This document shows, piece after piece, positions 58,604-64,000 of a stretch of DNA of 64,000 bases; the stretch's first letter is position 1; every line of letters starts with the position of its first letter. The stretch is from a phage. The notes under the pieces are model-generated. The model searched no databases. It was not told the origin of the DNA and worked only from the letters and a program-made list of their open reading frames with translations. The stretch is from the sequence record PZ445432.1; one strand, given 5' to 3'. Made by a program: the position numbers and the translations under genes.

Positions 58604-59749
58604 ATGACAACTTTACTTAACTTAAACTGGGATCATACCAATAAAGATCTATTTCTCGGTGATTCTCTTGGTATTGCAGATTATGTACGAGTAGCCCATC
58701 CAGAGCTGGAAAGGCTGGCGTTATTAGCTCGCTCTCAATTCTGGACTGAAACTGAAATCAGTCTGGAAGCAGATAAGAAACAATGGCCTAATCTCCCACG
58801 AGAAATTCAGGAAATTACCCTCCTGAATTTAGCATGGCAGACTCAAACTGATTCCTTTATCAGTCGAGCGCCTGAAGCAGCTATTATGCCACTTGTAAGT
58901 CGTCCAGAATTGGAAGGTATGCTAAAGCAGTGGAGCTACTTCGAAGACCTGCATAGTCGCGCCTATAGCAATATTATTCGTAATGTGCTGACTGATCCAG
59001 CAGAATTTATTGATTCTGTAACCAAAAACCAGGAAGCATTCGCACGCATCGCTGATTCTGTTGAACTGTTCGATGAACTGTATCAGTTAGGTCAGTATTT
59101 CCTCGCAGTACGCGATCATCGTGGTGACAATACATATCCAGAAACTGAGTTCCCTGAAGTTAAACGTGAAACTCAGGCTAAACTATTAGACGCTTACTTT
59201 GCGATCTATGGTCTGGAAGCAATGCAGTTTTACGCATCCTTTGCATGTACTTTTGCTCTAGCAGAGAACGATATTCTGCAAGGTATTGCTAAGAACCTGC
59301 AATTAATCGCTAAAGATGAGGCTCTGCACACCCAGATGTCTAAAGCAATCATCCAGATTATGTTCCAGCAGTTTGACAAAGATCTGGTAGATGAAGCAGT
59401 GGCTAAAGCACCAGCACAGCTCCTGAAAACTCTGAAAACTGAAATTGAATGGGGTCATTTCATTTTCAAAGGTCGTAGTCTGATTGGCTTGAATGCAGAA
59501 CTTCTAGAAGAATATCTGTACTTTGTGGGGCGTAATGCATTTATGCACATCGGTGTAGAATGGCCTAGTCATTTACCAGTAATCACTAAGAACCCCATTC
59601 CGTGGATCATGAACTGGCTGGATACCACTTCTTTACAGCCTGCTCCACAAGAAATCCAGATTGGTGCAGCCTACCGTGTAGGTCAGGTAACTGAGACCTC
59701 TACTGATACTCTGAAAGATCTGGGTAATGAATTTGGAGATTTCTTATGA
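58604..59749 (+). CDS. nrdB: ribonucleoside-diphosphate reductase beta subunit
   Basis: 381 aa; di-iron ligand-type motifs (EAMQFYASFA, EALHTQ) and overall R2 architecture. Confidence 0.85.
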   Translation: MTTLLNLNWDHTNKDLFLGDSLGIADYVRVAHPELERLALLARSQFWTETEISLEADKKQWPNLPREIQEITLLNLAWQTQTDSFISRAPEAAIMPLVSRPELEGMLKQWSYFEDLHSRAYSNIIRNVLTDPAEFIDSVTKNQEAFARIADSVELFDELYQLGQYFLAVRDHRGDNTYPETEFPEVKRETQAKLLDAYFAIYGLEAMQFYASFACTFALAENDILQGIAKNLQLIAKDEALHTQMSKAIIQIMFQQFDKDLVDEAVAKAPAQLLKTLKTEIEWGHFIFKGRSLIGLNAELLEEYLYFVGRNAFMHIGVEWPSHLPVITKNPIPWIMNWLDTTSLQPAPQEIQIGAAYRVGQVTETSTDTLKDLGNEFGDFL

Positions 59750-60276
59750 TTACAGCAATGTATGCAGTTGGGCCGAATGGAGAGTTCGGCCTCCGAGGTA
59801 AACTTCCCTGGGGTTCCTTCAAAGAAGAGTTAGATGCTTTCTATTCTCAACTGGACGTGTTGAATCCAGATAACATCATCATTGGTGCGGGTACTTATTT
59901 AGCACTTCCAGAAGTTGTTAGGCAACGTATGATTGGAGAATCCGACCTCTTTATTCGTGCTGACCGACCTCTGGCTGATAGCATCAAAGAAACTTACACT
60001 GCCATATCAAGGATAGGTGATACACTACCTACTTTCCTAAAAGATCAGCAAACAGTAGTTCTAGGCGGAGCTAATCTTCTCCTAGAAATGTATCAGCATG
60101 GGCATATAGAAAGTGCTTTTGTATCTACAATCTTTAGTGAGCAGAAGCTAGAGGCAGATACATACCTAGATAGTATGATACTGGATTATAACTATGAATC
60201 CACTCGATTAGTCTATGCAGTTGGCGCAAACAGTGATAACAGCCTGCGATTTGTACAGGAATTGGTTACTTATTAA
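59746..60276 (+). CDS. frd: dihydrofolate reductase-like protein
   Basis: 176 aa; N-terminal MYAVGPNGEFGLRGKLPW resembles the DHFR N-terminus; sits between nrdB and thyA as in T-even and T5 nucleotide metabolism clusters. Confidence 0.6.
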   Translation: MITAMYAVGPNGEFGLRGKLPWGSFKEELDAFYSQLDVLNPDNIIIGAGTYLALPEVVRQRMIGESDLFIRADRPLADSIKETYTAISRIGDTLPTFLKDQQTVVLGGANLLLEMYQHGHIESAFVSTIFSEQKLEADTYLDSMILDYNYESTRLVYAVGANSDNSLRFVQELVTY

Positions 60277-61115
60277 TGCAACAATACTTAAAAATTTTGA
60301 CAGATGTAATTTTACTAGGTGAACCCCGTAATGACCGTACAGGAACAGGCACAGTTTCAATTTTTGATTCCTATGCTAAGTTCGATCTACGTGAGGGATT
60401 CCCTGCCGTAACCACTAAACGTCTAGCCTGGAAATCAGTAGTAGGAGAACTTTTATGGTTCTTGTCTGGTTCCACAAATCTTCATGATCTACGTGTATTC
60501 ACATTTGGGCGTGACGAAGGACAGTGGACCATCTGGACTCCAAATTATGAAGACCAAGCTATAAGTATGGGGTATGATAAGGGTAATCTAGGACCGGTAT
60601 ATGGTAAACAGTGGCGTAACTTTGGTGGGCGAGATCAGATTCTAGAACTTATTGAAGGACTCAAGAATAATCCTCATGGCCGCAGACATCTAGTTTCTGC
60701 ATGGAACGTAGCTGAACTTGATAAAATGGCATTACCGCCCTGCCACTACGGCTTCCAGTGCTATGTAAGTAACGATGGATACCTAGATCTTAAATGGACA
60801 CAACGTTCTGTAGATTGTTTCCTCGGTTTACCCTTCAATATTGCTAGTTATGCTTTATTAACGCATATATTAGCAAAACTGACAGGATTAAAACCTCGTT
60901 ATCTCATCTTTAGTGGTGGAGATACTCATATCTATAATGACCACATGGAACAGGTAGAAGAACAGGTAAAACGCAAGCCACGCCCTCTACCAACTCTAGT
61001 AATGCCAGAGTTTGTAGATCTTTACGATTTATTAGAAAATAATACGGCAGCTTGGTCCTTCCAGCTTGAAGGATATGATCCGCATCCGGCTCTTAAAGCT
61101 AAAATGTCTTCCTAA
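60276..61115 (+). CDS. thyA: thymidylate synthase
   Basis: active-site ALPPCH motif, RRHLVSAWN and GLPFNIASYALL motifs. Confidence 0.9.
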   Translation: MQQYLKILTDVILLGEPRNDRTGTGTVSIFDSYAKFDLREGFPAVTTKRLAWKSVVGELLWFLSGSTNLHDLRVFTFGRDEGQWTIWTPNYEDQAISMGYDKGNLGPVYGKQWRNFGGRDQILELIEGLKNNPHGRRHLVSAWNVAELDKMALPPCHYGFQCYVSNDGYLDLKWTQRSVDCFLGLPFNIASYALLTHILAKLTGLKPRYLIFSGGDTHIYNDHMEQVEEQVKRKPRPLPTLVMPEFVDLYDLLENNTAAWSFQLEGYDPHPALKAKMSS

Positions 61116-61120
61116 CTCAA

Positions 61121-61148
61121 ATAGCCCTTCGGGGCTATTATATTTAAA
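61121..61148 (+). terminator. hairpin terminator after thyA (atagccc-ttcg-gggctat)
   Basis: 7-bp stem with an AT-rich trailer. Confidence 0.45.
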
Positions 61149-61154
61149 TTTCAT

Positions 61155-61183
61155 TTGCTTATTTAGTGAAATTTAAATATAAT
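61155..61183 (+). promoter_or_regulatory. early promoter TTGCTT-17-TATAAT
   Basis: hexamers read on the plus strand. Confidence 0.6.
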
Positions 61184-61208
61184 ATATTTTATAAATTGGA
61201 GGTATATA

Positions 61209-61490
61209 ATGATTTCAGCCAAAGAAGCTCAAGAACTTGCAGGATTAACAGAAGTACCCGCATTCCTAAAGTTTATAGAAGAAAAGATTGTAGAAGCTGC
61301 TAAGTCTGGAAATACAGAAGTAATTATTCGAGATAATCCTTACGCTAGGTGGCTATATAATCCTAGAGAAATGCCAGGAGCAGCTAAATCGGTACTAAAA
61401 ACCTTATCGGATAAGGGGTATCACCTCTCACAATACTACCGAGAAGCCGCCTTTGTAGACATGGGTCTTAAAATTAGTTGGGAGGTATAA
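61209..61490 (+). CDS. hypothetical protein
   Basis: 93-aa ORF with GGAGG RBS. Confidence 0.5.
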   Translation: MISAKEAQELAGLTEVPAFLKFIEEKIVEAAKSGNTEVIIRDNPYARWLYNPREMPGAAKSVLKTLSDKGYHLSQYYREAAFVDMGLKISWEV

Positions 61491-61966
61491 TGTCGGTTTT
61501 CCACATTTACACAGATGGTGCTTGTAAGTCTAACCCAGGTCCAGGTGCTTGGGGTTTTATTGTCTATAATGATAACGACGATCGTTTAGGTTCTAAATCT
61601 GGTTATAATCCTAAAACTACAAATAATGAGATGGAACTCACAGCTATTGTAGAAGCTCTACGTTGGTCTGTTAAAAAAGATAATAGACCAATTGCTATCT
61701 ATACTGATTCTGCTTATTGCAAAAATGGCATGGAAAGTTGGATGTTTTCTTGGCAAAGGAAAGGCTGGAAGAAAGCAGATGGTGAAGTTCCCCTTAATCT
61801 AGAACTTTGGCAGGAAGCATTTAAATTAACACAGCAGTATATCAACTTTCATAATATTAACCCTACTTTTATTAAGGTTAAAGGACATTCTGGTATTAGT
61901 GGTAATGAAGCTGTAGACGCCTTATGTAACACAGTTATTACTGAGCAAGAACTTGCCGAGATGTGA
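61490..61966 (+). CDS. rnh: ribonuclease H
   Basis: HIYTDGACKSNPGPGAWGF N-terminal RNase H motif and downstream conserved acidic residues; ATG overlaps the upstream stop. Confidence 0.8.
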   Translation: MSVFHIYTDGACKSNPGPGAWGFIVYNDNDDRLGSKSGYNPKTTNNEMELTAIVEALRWSVKKDNRPIAIYTDSAYCKNGMESWMFSWQRKGWKKADGEVPLNLELWQEAFKLTQQYINFHNINPTFIKVKGHSGISGNEAVDALCNTVITEQELAEM

Positions 61967-61986
61967 TAAGTAAATTAAAAATTCAA

Positions 61987-62015
61987 TTGCTTAAAGCCCT
62001 CTAATTTAGTATAAT
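61987..62015 (+). promoter_or_regulatory. early promoter TTGCTT-17-TATAAT
   Basis: hexamers read on the plus strand. Confidence 0.6.
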
Positions 62016-62042
62016 ATTCGTATTGAAAGTGAGGAGGGCTTT

Positions 62043-62327
62043 ATGAGAATTTATAACTCAAATTCATTAGGATTTAAACCATTGAGAAAACGTGCACAAT
62101 CACCTCGTCAAATAAGAAAGGCTAATATTGGTGAACCAGAAACACGTCTTCCACCTCCTCCAGAACAACGTTTAGTTTATCTGGACGAAGAATTAGCGGA
62201 ACGCGAAAGAAAAGCTCAAGAAGAGATTAAGCATAAGAAAATGTGTACTGCTCCAGCCTACTCCAAAGGGGCTTATCAATATATCTATACAGCCGAGGAG
62301 GCTAAAGATGCGGGGCGTAAAAAATGA
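62043..62327 (+). CDS. hypothetical basic protein
   Basis: 94-aa ORF with GAGGAGGG RBS. Confidence 0.5.
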   Translation: MRIYNSNSLGFKPLRKRAQSPRQIRKANIGEPETRLPPPPEQRLVYLDEELAERERKAQEEIKHKKMCTAPAYSKGAYQYIYTAEEAKDAGRKK

Positions 62328-62773
62328 AGATTACTGAATTTAAAGGTACTTATAGTTTTTTATCTAACTTTTATTTATCACCAATTACTTTCGAATATCT
62401 AAATGAGATATGGCATGCTGATACTGTAGAACATGCTTTTCAGGCTATGAAATCCGACCAAAAAGATGATGTAGCTCATGTGCTGCGCTCCCTAAATGCA
62501 GGAGTTGCCAAACGTAGAGGACGTAAATTAACTCTGCGCTCTGACTGGGATAAGGTAAAAGATGATGTAATGTTAGAGCTTTTACGGTTAAAGTTTGCAA
62601 TCCCTGATTTGAGGGACAAACTGTTAGCAACAAAAAATGCAACTTTGATCGAAGGAAATACCTGGGGAGATACATACTGGGGTGTTTGCCGAGGCATCGG
62701 GGATAATACTTTAGGAGTTCTTTTGATGCAGGTAAGGTCTGAAATTAAAAGAAGTTTACAGTTAATAAATTAA
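62324..62773 (+). CDS. NADAR-domain protein (YbiA-like)
   Basis: FLSNFY...VEHAFQAMK...RSDWDKVKDDVMLELLRLKF...W...GDNTLGVLLMQVR matches the NADAR/YbiA pattern along its length. Confidence 0.8.
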   Translation: MKITEFKGTYSFLSNFYLSPITFEYLNEIWHADTVEHAFQAMKSDQKDDVAHVLRSLNAGVAKRRGRKLTLRSDWDKVKDDVMLELLRLKFAIPDLRDKLLATKNATLIEGNTWGDTYWGVCRGIGDNTLGVLLMQVRSEIKRSLQLIN

Positions 62774-62781
62774 AAATTCAT

Positions 62782-62810
62782 TTGCTAAACGCTTCAAATT
62801 CTAGTATAAT
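62782..62810 (+). promoter_or_regulatory. early promoter TTGCTA-17-TATAAT
   Basis: hexamers read on the plus strand; followed by AAAAAGGAAAATAAATAATG. Confidence 0.65.
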
Positions 62811-62848
62811 ATACTTCATAAATTGATAAACAAAAAGGAAAATAAATA

Positions 62849-63364
62849 ATGGCTAAGCAGAAAAACGCAAAAACTCAAGCAGCAACTACAGTTAAAACTT
62901 TCCCTCAGACTGAGGCTAACCGCAAAGCTCGTCTGGAACGCCACCTGCGCAAGCATCCTACTGATGCTCAAGCTGCACAGGCACTGAATCGTCCGGCTCC
63001 GATTCGTCAAAAGCCGAAGGCTAAGAATGCTACTCGTTCTGTAACCCGCCTTGTGACCTATGTACAGGGTTATGGCCACAAATCTGTTCCAGTAACACTG
63101 AGTTTCAATGCTGGAGCTGAATTGTTCCCTCGTAATGGCATGGCCATGAAAGATTACGAGAAAGCAGTTAACCAGAAACGCAAGCCAACGGCAGATGTGC
63201 TTCGTGACACTCATGGACAGTTTGGCTCTGTTAAGCCAAATATCTTTGGCGTAGAGTATAGTAAAGATAGTGTTCGTGCTCTGTGTTACGGTGTAGGCAT
63301 TAAGTTCACTGGTGATTCTGCTCGTAAATCTGCTAAACCAGCTCGTAAACGTAAAGCGAAGTAA
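62849..63364 (+). CDS. highly basic protein of unknown function
   Basis: 171 aa; Lys/Arg-rich N- and C-terminal tails; high-expression codon usage; own promoter and terminator. Confidence 0.65.
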   Translation: MAKQKNAKTQAATTVKTFPQTEANRKARLERHLRKHPTDAQAAQALNRPAPIRQKPKAKNATRSVTRLVTYVQGYGHKSVPVTLSFNAGAELFPRNGMAMKDYEKAVNQKRKPTADVLRDTHGQFGSVKPNIFGVEYSKDSVRALCYGVGIKFTGDSARKSAKPARKRKAK

Positions 63365-63371
63365 TAGATAG

Positions 63372-63397
63372 GAGGGGCGAAAGCCCCTCATATTTTG
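63372..63397 (+). terminator. rho-independent terminator (gaggggc-gaaa-gcccctc)
   Basis: 7-bp GC-rich stem with GAAA loop followed by ATATTTT. Confidence 0.5.
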
Positions 63398-63405
63398 GAG
63401 AAACT

Positions 63406-63642
63406 ATGCGTAATTTTGTAGTAAAGAATGATTTTAACCGTGCTAGCACCCATAAGTCCGCTAGAGATTATACACGACTTTCTAGTCATGAGGTAATGGA
63501 TACCTGTTATGAAGAGCTGGAAGATAACTGGAATGAATGGCCAGACTTTTCTATGGAAGAAAACTGGGATGTTAGTGAAGATATGCTTCCTGGTTTTAAA
63601 GACCCCAAGAAGTGGGAGTCTATTAAAGAGACAGCTCTTTAA
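63406..63642 (+). CDS. small acidic Trp-rich protein
   Basis: 78-aa ORF; C-terminal half dominated by Asp/Glu with interspersed Trp. Confidence 0.5.
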   Translation: MRNFVVKNDFNRASTHKSARDYTRLSSHEVMDTCYEELEDNWNEWPDFSMEENWDVSEDMLPGFKDPKKWESIKETAL

Positions 63643-63670
63643 TAGTTTTCTACACAATAAAGGATAAGTT

Positions 63671-64000
63671 ATGAAAGTAAAACCATTTGGTATGCTAGAT
63701 ATTGAATCTCTAGGAACTCCGGGGGATTGTGGTACTACTCATATCGCAATGCCTTCTTTCGCTTTTGTGGCTATGCATGGGATTGATAAAGACCCTGACT
63801 TAGTATTTGCTACTTTGGATGTGCAGGATCAGCTTAATTCTGGTGCCAAAGTTACAGCATCTACTCTAGCATTCTGGATGGATCAAGCTAAAAATAGCCC
63901 GTCTGCTATTCACATTATGGAAGCTATGAAGGAACGTAATCCAAAACTGATTGCCTTCCAAAATGGTAAACATCATTGCACTACTAAATTAGGCTCAAAC
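63671..64000 (+). CDS. DEDD-type (DnaQ-like) 3'-5' exonuclease, 3'-truncated by the window end
   Basis: MLDIESLG matches Exo I motif (D-x-E); ORF runs off the window. Confidence 0.5.
   Translation, partial: MKVKPFGMLDIESLGTPGDCGTTHIAMPSFAFVAMHGIDKDPDLVFATLDVQDQLNSGAKVTASTLAFWMDQAKNSPSAIHIMEAMKERNPKLIAFQNGKHHCTTKLGSN

Noticed and set aside
62816-63391. 191-aa minus-strand ORF overlapping the basic protein gene
   Set aside because: The plus-strand gene has a promoter, RBS, terminator and coherent codon usage. The minus-strand frame is a shadow with no expression signals.

Overview
This window reads as a contiguous segment of a T5-like siphovirus genome (Demerecviridae / Tequintavirus-type layout); the call rests on gene order and protein sizes and motifs read directly from the sequence, with no database search run. 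Three transcriptional blocks are visible. (1) 1-25232, + strand: the late morphogenesis module, from large terminase through portal, prohead protease, major capsid protein, neck proteins, tail tube, tape measure, distal tail protein, baseplate hub and pb4-like protein to the L-shaped tail fibre. (2) 25273-54262, - strand, separated from block 1 by a convergent bidirectional terminator: the early replication and recombination module (dUTPase, flap endonuclease, SbcCD-like D12/D13, SF2 helicase, family A DNA polymerase, primase, DnaB-like helicase, D5-like DNA-binding protein, a two-gene NAD-dependent ligase, PC4-like protein, a UL9-like origin-binding helicase, a Sir2-like protein and anaerobic ribonucleotide reductase). 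(3) 54549-64000, + strand: nucleotide metabolism genes (phoH, nrdA, nrdB, DHFR, thyA, RNase H) followed by small accessory genes. Layered on this conserved backbone are at least five free-standing homing endonuclease genes (one HNH, four paralogous HNH-AP2) and a possible frameshifted GIY-YIG remnant. About 14 near-consensus sigma70 early promoters are present, most of those on the minus strand followed by a conserved leader. I cannot point to a single demonstrably new system. The best candidates for undescribed biology are the accessory cluster at 48.9-52.1 kb (tandem paralog pair, HAD-like phosphatase, zinc-less Sir2-like protein), the NADAR gene with its highly basic and acidic small neighbours at 62.3-63.6 kb, and the ~580 nt untranslated leader upstream of the origin-binding helicase. 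No tRNA, rRNA or CRISPR array was recognised.
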